From Thermoplasmatales archaeon (GTDB taxonomy: Archaea; Thermoplasmatota; Thermoplasmata; Thermoplasmatales; GCA-001856825), in contig DAHWIJ010000040.1 of the NCBI GenBank assembly GCA_027345195.1, forward strand, positions 7,830-71,829: a stretch of DNA of 64,000 nt, given 5' to 3'. Each line of letters begins with the position of its first letter. Positions within the stretch are counted from its first letter, which is position 1. This document shows, one piece after another, positions 39,019 to 48,192 of the stretch. The notes beneath the pieces were generated by a model. The model was not told where the DNA came from. It worked only from the letters and a program-made list of their open reading frames with translations, and did not search any database. Made by a program: the position numbers and the translations under genes.

Positions 39019-40260
39019 CTATCTCGTCATCCACTTCGACTGTTTCCAGCAGGTCATAAATCCATATATTGAGGTGAAGAAAATTATAAGGAGCGCCAGT
39101 CCGCCGTACCCCAGTGTCCTCAACCTCTCCTTCCTAAGGTTATAGGCCACGGCAGTCCCGAATATTATTGGCCCAGGAAGGCTGATCAGAGTAAGAAACG
39201 GATGGAGAAGTGCACGGTCCACCCTGTTGGTAAACAAGACTGATGGATTTGCCAGAAGGTCTAAAATGGTATCAAGACTGTTGCCTGCATACGTTCCCAG
39301 AATGTGTATGCTGAGATACAGCCTGAAAAAACCGAGACCTAGCGTGATTACAGGAAGGGCAAACGTACTTATAGCTTCGAATGCATAGAAAGGCCCAGCC
39401 TTGAATGTGGTACCATCGAACAGATTCTTTATAAAGTAATAATAGGAGCTCCTCGCCCATCTGACACTCTGCTTTGCGAACTGCCTGAAATCCTCAGGAG
39501 GTTCTGTTTCAACCGTAACGTCAAAACACTTGGCTGCCTTATAGCCATTCCTTATGATGTAAGCAGTAAGCTGCTGATCGTCCCCCATCGTTGCGACCCT
39601 TCCGGCCACCCTGTAGTTTCTGAATTCATCGGATATCAGCAGGGGCTTCACCAATTCCGTCCTATACATCGCACACTTGCCGTCTATAACCATAACGCTC
39701 CCTCCGTTAGCAGCCATAGCCTTCAGTATGACCTCCCTTGTCCTCTCCAGGAATTCAGCGCTATAGGATGCTCCAGATGGTGACCTTCTCACTGAAACAT
39801 TCGCCCCAACCCCTCCAACGTTTTCGTCAAAGTGCCCCAGCATCTTTACAACCGTGTCAGGGGGGAGGGTGGTGTCGCTGTCAACGAACAGCACAAACTT
39901 GGTGGTTACACGCTGCATCCCTTCAGAAATTGCTATCCGCTTCCCGCTGCGGTTTTGAAGATAAACGAAGGTGCCACCGTTCCTCTCCACGATCGACCTG
40001 TAGGGCTCATTGCTGGAATCCCCCACTACGACGAACCTAACGTTCTGCTCCTTTATGGCTGCTACGACCTTCTCAAATACGTCGACCTTTTCATTGTAGA
40101 CCGGGACAACGACCGTTACCTCCTCTAAATCCACATTCAATTCGGGCTTAGTGACGGATTCGTGCCTGGTGAGGTAATAGGTATTGACAGAATAGTAGAG
40201 GAGATAGATTATCGTCGTGAGAATCGAGACTAATAGGACATCCCTGTAGATCGGTAGCAC
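39019..40260 (-). CDS. Membrane GT2 glycosyltransferase, hyaluronan/chitin-synthase-like
   Basis: VPVYNE, GKR, FVDSD, GDD and QSVRW (QxxRW), with N- and C-terminal TM helices. Confidence 0.88.
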   Translation of the reverse strand: MLPIYRDVLLVSILTTIIYLLYYSVNTYYLTRHESVTKPELNVDLEEVTVVVPVYNEKVDVFEKVVAAIKEQNVRFVVVGDSSNEPYRSIVERNGGTFVYLQNRSGKRIAISEGMQRVTTKFVLFVDSDTTLPPDTVVKMLGHFDENVGGVGANVSVRRSPSGASYSAEFLERTREVILKAMAANGGSVMVIDGKCAMYRTELVKPLLISDEFRNYRVAGRVATMGDDQQLTAYIIRNGYKAAKCFDVTVETEPPEDFRQFAKQSVRWARSSYYYFIKNLFDGTTFKAGPFYAFEAISTFALPVITLGLGFFRLYLSIHILGTYAGNSLDTILDLLANPSVLFTNRVDRALLHPFLTLISLPGPIIFGTAVAYNLRKERLRTLGYGGLALLIIFFTSIYGFMTCWKQSKWMTR

Positions 40261-40376
40261 TGCAGTGTGTATGTGAAACGCGTAAATAAACCTTTTTTAA
40301 AAATATAGAGATTTTTATAGAAATAAAACCTTGGTACTCTTTGGTTAAAGTTAAAGCCATTCAGTGATTAACCATC

Positions 40377-41891
40377 GTGCCAAAATATTCTGAACTCCTC
40401 AGGGATGACCTGATAGAGTTCAGGGAATATCAAGAGAGCATTGCGCTCAAGGCAGTTGAAAAGAATACTTTGGTGGTCATACCAACAGCCCTCGGCAAGA
40501 CGATCATAGCGATCATTGCCCTCTCAATCCTAATCCGTGATGGTGGAAAAGGCATATTTCTTGCCCCCACCAGGCCACTTGTTCACCAGCATGCCACCAA
40601 CCTTAGGAAGTTGCTTACGTTGGACGAGGCTGAGATTGTAGAGGTTACGGGGGAGACGAAGAAAAAGGAAAGGAGGGAGAGGTATCAGAGTGCAAGGGTC
40701 ATTGTTTCCACTCCACAGGTGATAAGTAACGATTTCTCACTTCTTGAAGACATAAAGAATGATGTGAAGGTCGTGATATTCGATGAAGCGCACAGGGCCA
40801 TAGGGAATTATTCCTATGTGGAGATCGCTGAATTTTTCCGGGAATCAAGGATCATCGCAACAACTGCTTCCCCCGGAGGGGATAGGGAAAAGATTGAAGA
40901 GATTATCAAGAATCTCAAGATTGTCGAACTTGAGGTCAGGGATGAAAACTCCCCTGACGTGGTAGCTTACATAAAGGGGATAGAGATTGAACAGGTCAGG
41001 ATACCTACTCCGGATGGAGTCGCTGAAATTATAGGTGTTCTGAGAGAGATGCTTGGCGAGATGGTGAGGAAATTGGAATCGTTCTCCTTGCGGCTTCAAG
41101 GTCACTCTAGAAAGGAACTCATAGATTTGGGTGACTACATTTTCAGTGAGATCAGGAGGGGAAACAGGTATCTATATTCGGCCCTGAGGATCAGGACCCA
41201 CGCAATACTCATAGACTACCTTCTTGAGTTTGCAGAAACGCAGGGCATTTTGCCTTTTCAGGCATACCTTGAGGAAATGAAGAAGAAAGGTGGCAATGCG
41301 AAAAAGATCATGGCGGACAAGAGGATCTCCTACATAGAGGAGAGGGTTGAGTCCCTATTAAAACAACCACTGGACAAGCATACGCCAAAAATTTCCAAGA
41401 TAATAGAAATACTGAGGGGAAGAAGCTATGAAAAGGCTATTGTGTTCTGCCATTACAGGATAACGGCCAACATTCTCTCCGAAATACTGAGGGGCGAGGG
41501 GTTCTCCTGCGAGAAATTCATTGGACAGAGTTCCGGAAAGGAAGGCAAGGGGATGAGCCAGAAGGAGCAGACTACGACACTCCAACTCTTCAGGGAAGGA
41601 AAGATAAAGGTTCTTGTGGCAACACAGGTGGGCGAGGAGGGACTTGACGTTCCTTCTGCTGACACAGTCATTTTTCACGAGCCTGTGGCGAGTGAGGTGA
41701 GATCTATTCAGAGGAGGGGGAGGACTGGGAGGTTTGGGAGGGGCAAGGTATACGTCCTGACAATGGAGAACACCAGGGACTTTTCCTACTACTATTCCGC
41801 AGGAAGGAAGGAGAAGAAGATGAAGAACATTCTGAAGGGAGGGGGAAGTAGGAATATACAGACTACATTCGATTCCTTCGATCAGTCCTGA
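40377..41891 (+). CDS. hef: Hef/FANCM-like SF2 helicase without C-terminal nuclease
   Basis: REYQ, PTALGKT, DEAHRAIGNYSY, TASPG, EEGLDVP, QRRGRTGR. Only 504 aa long. Confidence 0.9.
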   Translation: MPKYSELLRDDLIEFREYQESIALKAVEKNTLVVIPTALGKTIIAIIALSILIRDGGKGIFLAPTRPLVHQHATNLRKLLTLDEAEIVEVTGETKKKERRERYQSARVIVSTPQVISNDFSLLEDIKNDVKVVIFDEAHRAIGNYSYVEIAEFFRESRIIATTASPGGDREKIEEIIKNLKIVELEVRDENSPDVVAYIKGIEIEQVRIPTPDGVAEIIGVLREMLGEMVRKLESFSLRLQGHSRKELIDLGDYIFSEIRRGNRYLYSALRIRTHAILIDYLLEFAETQGILPFQAYLEEMKKKGGNAKKIMADKRISYIEERVESLLKQPLDKHTPKISKIIEILRGRSYEKAIVFCHYRITANILSEILRGEGFSCEKFIGQSSGKEGKGMSQKEQTTTLQLFREGKIKVLVATQVGEEGLDVPSADTVIFHEPVASEVRSIQRRGRTGRFGRGKVYVLTMENTRDFSYYYSAGRKEKKMKNILKGGGSRNIQTTFDSFDQS

Positions 41892-41992
41892 TTCTCCCTT
41901 ATGTCGGGACATAGTGCTTGATGACGGAGCCTTCGGAAAGGTAAATTAGCAATTATCCAATTACTCGGGGAATACTACACAGGAATGCTACG

Positions 41993-42742
41993 ATGCTTGA
42001 GGATATATTGAGAGATATCAAGGAAAGGGGTGGACTTACAAAGATGTTCCTGGACTACGATGGAACTCTCGTGGACATAACATCACAGCCAGAACTTGCG
42101 ATTCCGGACAGGGGTCTGATTGATCTCCTGGTTGCGCTGAAATCGAGATTGCCCCTCTACCTTGTGACAGGGCGAGACCTTGACGGGTTCGTCTCCTTGA
42201 TTGGGAAGGGATTCAATATCATCGCAATGCACGGCTCTGAACGGATGAGTGAGGACGGAGAGAAGAGTTTCATAGAGGGTTTTGACTATTACAGGAAGGA
42301 AACACGGAAAATGGCAAATAAATATTCCTATCTTGAAGAGGAATTCCCTGGCTTGCGTATCATAGACAAGAGGGGTGGATTGCAGTTCCATTACTATAAC
42401 GTGGCAAGGAACAGACTTGACGATCTTGAATATGTTATATCCAACATACGGGAGGACGGGTTTGAATTATATAGCGGAAAGTTTGTTTACGAACTCAGGG
42501 TGAAGGGTGTGAATAAGGGGACTGCTATGTTGAAACTCATCGGAACTGAAGACCTCGTATTATTCGCTGGGGATGACAGGACAGACGAGGAGGCTTTCGA
42601 GAAACTGTCAAAACATGTGACGATAAAGGTAGGGGATGGGGAGACTGCAGCAAGATACAGGCTACCAACCCCTTCAATGATGAGAGCTTTTCTGGAGACC
42701 CTGCTTAAGAAACAGAACGAAATGTTCAGGAAGGGATTATGA
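41993..42742 (+). CDS. otsB: Trehalose-6-phosphate phosphatase (HAD IIB)
   Basis: FLDYDGTL, VTGR, HG, HY, NKG, GDDRTDEEAF. Confidence 0.88.
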   Translation: MLEDILRDIKERGGLTKMFLDYDGTLVDITSQPELAIPDRGLIDLLVALKSRLPLYLVTGRDLDGFVSLIGKGFNIIAMHGSERMSEDGEKSFIEGFDYYRKETRKMANKYSYLEEEFPGLRIIDKRGGLQFHYYNVARNRLDDLEYVISNIREDGFELYSGKFVYELRVKGVNKGTAMLKLIGTEDLVLFAGDDRTDEEAFEKLSKHVTIKVGDGETAARYRLPTPSMMRAFLETLLKKQNEMFRKGL

Positions 42743-43416
42743 GTTTCAAATCTCTGGAGGAGATGAATTCAAAACTGGTGAGATGCAGGAGATGCCCGAG
42801 ACTAGTCAAGTTCAGGGTTGCAGTGGCGAAGAGAAATTCCAGGTTTCTGGGGGAAAGCTTCTGGAGCAGGCCAGTTCCAGGATTTGGAAACATCGATTCC
42901 AGGCTCCTGATACTAGGCCTGGCTCCAGCCGCAACCGGAGGGAATAGGACGGGGCGGGTATTCACAGGGGACAAGAGCGCCTCTTTCCTTTTCTCTTGCC
43001 TGTACGATGTAGGCCTGTCAAATAAGCCAGATTCCGTGTCAAAGGACGACGGCCTCAGACTCGAAGACCTCTACATTACGGCTGTCCTCAAGTGCGTTCC
43101 GCCCAGCGACAAGCCGACACGTCAGGAGCTCTCGAACTGCAGCGACTATCGGGAGTTTGAAATTGAGCACATGAAGAATCTGAAGGTCATTCTGACCCTG
43201 GGGAAGATTGCTTTTGATATCTGTAAAGCCTATTATAAGAGCAAGGGTTATGACGTTTCAGGACTGGTCTTCAAGCATGGCGCTGCATACAGGTTAGGGG
43301 GCGTATGGTTGTACGCTTCCTACCACCCCAGCCCGAGAAACGTCAACACCGGCAGATTGACAAAGGTTAGGTTTGTGAACGTTCTTTCAGAGATTAGGGA
43401 TAAATTCCTATCCTGA
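42739..43416 (+). CDS. Uracil-DNA glycosylase, family 5 (UdgB-like, Fe-S)
   Basis: CRRCPRL, GLAPAATGGNRTGRVFTGD, KCVPP, YHPSPRN. Confidence 0.9.
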   Translation: MSFKSLEEMNSKLVRCRRCPRLVKFRVAVAKRNSRFLGESFWSRPVPGFGNIDSRLLILGLAPAATGGNRTGRVFTGDKSASFLFSCLYDVGLSNKPDSVSKDDGLRLEDLYITAVLKCVPPSDKPTRQELSNCSDYREFEIEHMKNLKVILTLGKIAFDICKAYYKSKGYDVSGLVFKHGAAYRLGGVWLYASYHPSPRNVNTGRLTKVRFVNVLSEIRDKFLS

Positions 43417-45117
43417 AAGCATCTTTGACTTTATTTTAGTGCTCCTCCCCTTAACTGCTACAGTTTCCTTCGGTTCCTCACTGGCCTTCATCCTGAAGTA
43501 ATGGAGGTTGTTCTTCCTGAAGACGTAAAGTTCCACATCATCACCCGGCTTCAGGTGCTTTAGGGAATCGACCTTTGCTGACCTGAGCTCCTTAGCCAGA
43601 ATCCTCGTGAATGTATCGGTGAATCTTTCGCCATTTATTGCTACGAGCTCGTCCCCGGGCAGGATTCCGGCCTTGTGGGCAGGATAACCCTTTATCACGC
43701 TCCTGACAGCGACTTTTCCAGCTTCGGTCGATACGAACATCCCCAGGAACGCTCTTGGACTTGTTCTCTTTTCTGCGTATTTCCTGCTTACCCTGTAGCC
43801 CATTTGCCGCAGGTACCCATCGAAATTTATCTCCTCCGTTGTCTCTGAAAGTCTTTTGACAAGTCTGCCTGCCTCTTCCCCGATTAGCCCATCCACCTTT
43901 GCTATCAGGTCCTCCTTATCTATGCCCCTGCCGGTCTTCTTGAACTCCTCGAACAGCTCCCGGAAAACATCATCAAGCGATCTCTTTCCTCCGGTCTTCC
44001 TGATTATCTCGCTGTTTAGTGCGAAGGCGATCAACTCCCCCTTCAGGTAATAAGAGACGTAGGAATTTATTGAGTTCCCGTCAGGTTTGTACAGCTTTAT
44101 CCAGGTGGTAAAAGACGACAGGTCCGCTGGTAGGATATGACCTGGCTGCATCCTGTAGTAGTCTATCATCTTCGTTATGTGTGAGATGTACTCATCCTCC
44201 TTTACCAACCCTGCCCTCCAGAGGACGACCCATTCGTAATAAGACGTGAAACCTTCACTCAGCCAGAGTAGATTGGTGTATACCTCCCTCGTATAATCAA
44301 AGGGTCCCAGCTCCTTGGGCCTTATCCTCTTGACATTCCATGTGTGGAAAAATTCATGGGAGACCGTTGTCAGGAAAAGCTTGTAGTCATAGTCCTCGAT
44401 GAGCTTGTAATCGGGTGTGAGAATTGCGGTGCTGTTCTTGTGCTCCAGCCCTCCGTAGTACTCATCTGGGACAGACATGATGAGAAAGACGTACCTGTCG
44501 TACGGCAATTCCCCGAATATCCTCCCCTCTGCTTCAACTATCCTCCTGAAGTCGTCGGTTATTCTGCTCTTCTCCCTAATCATTTTCCCCTGCCACGCTA
44601 TTGTGTGCTTCTTGCCTTTTACAGAAAATTCCATCATTTGGAGATCGCCGATAAGAAACGGACAGTCCACAAGGTGGTCGTAGTCCTCTGCGACATATAC
44701 ACCACCTTTCTCGGGCATTCCTGTGGCTATCTTCCATTTCCCGTAGTTCCTTATTTTCACGTTATATTCGCAGTCTTTCTTCCCCTCAGGATAGAAGAAT
44801 ATGCCCGCTCCGTTAATGAGGACGAATGAACCGTTCGAATATGGCGTATCGACAGTTAACTCGTCACAGAAAACCTGGTAGTCAACGATTGCCGTATCCC
44901 CCTTCGATAGGACCGACCACCTGTTCTTTGAAATCTGCTCTATCTTGCCATCAGCTCTGATTCCCGATACATGCCTGGAGAAGTCTCTGACGAGGTAAGA
45001 ACCCGGGGTCCAGACAGGCATCACAACCTCTTCCTTACCAGAGGAAGGGAACTCCATGTGGACGTTCACAATCCCAGTATGAGCCTCAGACAGGTCCAAG
45101 ACAAATCTAACCGGCAT
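43408..45117 (-). CDS. M61 family glycyl aminopeptidase with PDZ domain
   Basis: MPVWTPGSY, GGLEH, HEFFHTWNVKRIRP, EGFTSYY, SYYLKG and a C-terminal PDZ. Confidence 0.92.
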   Translation of the reverse strand: MPVRFVLDLSEAHTGIVNVHMEFPSSGKEEVVMPVWTPGSYLVRDFSRHVSGIRADGKIEQISKNRWSVLSKGDTAIVDYQVFCDELTVDTPYSNGSFVLINGAGIFFYPEGKKDCEYNVKIRNYGKWKIATGMPEKGGVYVAEDYDHLVDCPFLIGDLQMMEFSVKGKKHTIAWQGKMIREKSRITDDFRRIVEAEGRIFGELPYDRYVFLIMSVPDEYYGGLEHKNSTAILTPDYKLIEDYDYKLFLTTVSHEFFHTWNVKRIRPKELGPFDYTREVYTNLLWLSEGFTSYYEWVVLWRAGLVKEDEYISHITKMIDYYRMQPGHILPADLSSFTTWIKLYKPDGNSINSYVSYYLKGELIAFALNSEIIRKTGGKRSLDDVFRELFEEFKKTGRGIDKEDLIAKVDGLIGEEAGRLVKRLSETTEEINFDGYLRQMGYRVSRKYAEKRTSPRAFLGMFVSTEAGKVAVRSVIKGYPAHKAGILPGDELVAINGERFTDTFTRILAKELRSAKVDSLKHLKPGDDVELYVFRKNNLHYFRMKASEEPKETVAVKGRSTKIKSKMLSG

Positions 45118-45399
45118 AGCATGTTAAACTTACATTCCAAAAAAAGATTGCTCTCCCTCATCGAATGTCCAATATATGGAAGATTTATGCTGTTGTACAG
45201 GGGAAGTTCGGAATATTATTCCGTATGTTCTAGCGTAACTGTAAATTAAAGACAATTCAATCGAAACGTGAAACTTTTAAACGACAGGTCTCGCATTTGC
45301 CTGGGAGGTTAGGGAAAGATTACTAAAATATTGATTGAGGGCACACGCACATGGGATGAAGATTTCTCCATTACCTATGGGTCGTTCTGCTTTCCGCCT

Positions 45400-46323
45400 T
45401 TAGGACTTCGTTTCTTCCATTACCCTTGCATTGTGTGCATCGATCAGGAGGAATATCGTCTGGTCCTTGTGCTGAAATTGGAGAGACCAGATCGGGATGT
45501 GCACCAGATACATATCCGCCAAGTCAACCGTAACGCTTGCTGACAGGAATCCTCTCACTGTCCTCTGTAATTTTCTGATTTCCCACTGCTGAATTCTTAT
45601 TTTACCTTCCATTCTCGCCTTTTCTTCCCCCATCGTGCCGTTCAGCAGTTTCACCGGACCGTTCATGTCGGTCTGTCCTATGGGTCTCTTTGCAGCGAGG
45701 TTGAACACATAATCAGGAGGTTGGTACTGGTTCATGTTCTCTATTGCTATAACCGGGTAGCTTACCTCATTCACGTCCGATCCGGATTCAACGATAGTTT
45801 GGATGTTGACAGTGGGCCCCCCGAAGCCTCCCCTTCCTCCCATTCCAACTGCAACAAACCCACCTGGGTTTACCTGTTCCCTCTTGTACTGATATTGGGC
45901 GGAGTATCCAGCGTCAATTATCCAGTAGGGGAGATAATTCAACTCCGATTTCTTCAGCTCGCTTTTCTCGAACAGATGTCTGTGAAAGATGCTGCTGTCC
46001 AGGAACTCCTTTGCAATCTGCTCTGCCTGATCCCTCATCTGTACCTTTATGTCAAGAATGAAGTGTTTCTCGACCTTGGTCCATCCGAGCGAGCCTAGGG
46101 ATATTGATGTACCGCAGTAGCTGCACACTACCATCGCTTCGCCGGATGCAGGATTCAGAGGAGCACCGCAGTTGGGGCATTTCATTTCCTTGAGAACTTC
46201 TTCCTGGTCCTGTGGTTTCTCGCCGGACTGAGCTTGGCCAGACCCTACCTTCTGAGGTGCACCGCATTTCGGGCAAAAGTCTGAATCGTCCGGAATCTGG
46301 GAGCCGCACTTCCTGCAATACAA
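45400..46323 (-). CDS. Multi-zinc-ribbon protein with YdjG-like body
   Basis: CRKCG...FCPKCG and CPNCG...CSYCG, followed by YLPYW and HIPIW motifs. Confidence 0.75.
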   Translation of the reverse strand: MYCRKCGSQIPDDSDFCPKCGAPQKVGSGQAQSGEKPQDQEEVLKEMKCPNCGAPLNPASGEAMVVCSYCGTSISLGSLGWTKVEKHFILDIKVQMRDQAEQIAKEFLDSSIFHRHLFEKSELKKSELNYLPYWIIDAGYSAQYQYKREQVNPGGFVAVGMGGRGGFGGPTVNIQTIVESGSDVNEVSYPVIAIENMNQYQPPDYVFNLAAKRPIGQTDMNGPVKLLNGTMGEEKARMEGKIRIQQWEIRKLQRTVRGFLSASVTVDLADMYLVHIPIWSLQFQHKDQTIFLLIDAHNARVMEETKS

Positions 46324-46324
46324 C

Positions 46325-47485
46325 TCATACCACCTTTTCTCCGCAATTTGGACAGAACTTAGCCCCAGCTGGAATTTCAGTTCCGCACTTCAGGCATTTT
46401 GTTACTATCGGCTTCCCGCACTCAGGGCAGAACTTTGAGGTTTTGGGGATATCCTTTCCACAGCTCGGGCATTTCATCAACTGGTCTGACTCAAAATTAT
46501 ACCCGCATGACGGGCAGAATTTCGCGTTCTCGTCTACCTCCGTCTGGCACTTCGGACACTTCTTCACCTTCCTCTCCTGTTGGGGGGGCTGCTGGCTCAT
46601 CCCCTGCGTTATATTGGATGCCATTGGATACGCCATTCCTGCGCCTGCACCGAGACCCATTCCAAGTCCTACTCCGGCACCAGCAGTCCCGCCAGGGTTC
46701 TTGGCGGCATCGACCATCGCCTGACCCGCCTGAAACTGAAGATAGTTTGCGCCTACAACCTTCATGCTTGAACGGGTATCAATCGCCTTCTGCACTGCTT
46801 CCGGAAGCGAGATGTTGAGTCCGGATATCTTGTTAATTTCAATTCCGTACTGATCAAAGGCTGCCTTTGAAGAAGCGAGCACGGCCTCCTCTATGTTCAA
46901 CAGGTTTGAGGGAAGGTCAAGGACCGAGACTCCCTGATCCTTCATCTTTCCTAGGATGTTGTATATAAGCAGTACTACCTGATCCCTTATTCTGCTCTCG
47001 ACATCAGCGCTTGTCTCTGCGTTGAAGGTACCCACAAATTGGTTGATGAAGATGGATGGGTCTGATATCCTGTACCTCATATCACCGAAGAGTCTCAGCA
47101 TGACTATATCGAAATCCTTGTCCCTGAAGGCGTAAGGTTCCTTTGACCCGAATTTGCCATCTATTATTCTCCTCTGGAGGTAATAGACGTAAGCCTGTTG
47201 CTGGATTCCTGTTAGCGCCTTGACAAGTCCTCCCACAATTGGAGCGTTGAGGTCTGTGAGTGCATACCTCCCCGGTTTGTCGATGTACCAAATAGCCTTC
47301 CCATCCCTGAAGAAGACTGCGGTTTCATCTTCCCTCACAACGACGTTGTCGTTCAGTCTGATGAGCCTGGGGACCTTCCACATGATGTTCCCCTGTTTGA
47401 ACTGATCTTCCCACTCGAATGTAGTTGAACCGAAAACGCTCCCTCCCTTCGAGGGTATATCACCACCCTTCTTGCCGAATACCAT
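46325..47485 (-). CDS. SPFH (band-7, YdjI-like) protein with C-terminal zinc ribbons
   Basis: VVREDETAVFFRDGK, PGRY, a Gly-rich linker GAGVGLGMGLGAG, and three CxxC...FCPxCG ribbons. Confidence 0.85.
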   Translation of the reverse strand: MVFGKKGGDIPSKGGSVFGSTTFEWEDQFKQGNIMWKVPRLIRLNDNVVVREDETAVFFRDGKAIWYIDKPGRYALTDLNAPIVGGLVKALTGIQQQAYVYYLQRRIIDGKFGSKEPYAFRDKDFDIVMLRLFGDMRYRISDPSIFINQFVGTFNAETSADVESRIRDQVVLLIYNILGKMKDQGVSVLDLPSNLLNIEEAVLASSKAAFDQYGIEINKISGLNISLPEAVQKAIDTRSSMKVVGANYLQFQAGQAMVDAAKNPGGTAGAGVGLGMGLGAGAGMAYPMASNITQGMSQQPPQQERKVKKCPKCQTEVDENAKFCPSCGYNFESDQLMKCPSCGKDIPKTSKFCPECGKPIVTKCLKCGTEIPAGAKFCPNCGEKVV

Positions 47486-48007
47486 TTAAACACCCCCATA
47501 CAGGAGGTTTTCTCTGCTGTTGTTCAAGTCCGTTATAGACGAAATTACCGCATCGATCTCCTGCAGCTTGGATTGATCTATGCTCCCTGAAGCGCATTTG
47601 CTAACAAAATCAGAAACTCCCCTCTGGAGGCTCTGAATCTGGTCAAAGATCTTCATGTCTAAATCATAAAGGGCGGAAATTTTCTTCGCGTCAACTTTTA
47701 TTGGTGCGGAAATGCCGGAATAGCCAGCACTATGGTGTTTCACGTCCTCTGCTGCTGTTTGCATCCTGGACCTTAAGGCTCCGATTGCCTCCAGTCCCTT
47801 GAACTGTCCTGCACTCACGAGCGAGCTCTCGCCTGTCTTGAGTTTCGCTATGACATCAAGCATCTTCTTGTAGAGCTCGTCCTTGAGGATCACATCCGCA
47901 TCCCTCAAATCTTCGTTTATCCTGTATCCGTGATAACCCGGGAACAGAAGTTGAATCTTCTTGATTATACCTCTATCCTCAACGACCTGATCCCTTAAAT
48001 CCGCCAT
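47486..48007 (-). CDS. Helical hypothetical protein
   Basis: PGYHGYRINEDLRDAD and GYSG motifs, amphipathic helices. ATG 48007 preferred. Abuts the SPFH gene and supplies its GGGGTG SD. Confidence 0.75.
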   Translation of the reverse strand: MADLRDQVVEDRGIIKKIQLLFPGYHGYRINEDLRDADVILKDELYKKMLDVIAKLKTGESSLVSAGQFKGLEAIGALRSRMQTAAEDVKHHSAGYSGISAPIKVDAKKISALYDLDMKIFDQIQSLQRGVSDFVSKCASGSIDQSKLQEIDAVISSITDLNNSRENLLYGGV

Positions 48008-48192
48008 GGTCTTGTGATAGGAAACATAATCTAAATACTTTCTACATAATATTTCTCCTTGCATTGATTCCCCTGCGGCAGCTCTTTGGTCTTCCACGCT
48101 TAAGCCTTCGTTCAAGCTTTAAAAATTGAAACAAAATCCGGTCCTGCGTGGACTCCTGACAACATTTAACATCTCGTTATTGATACGGTAAT

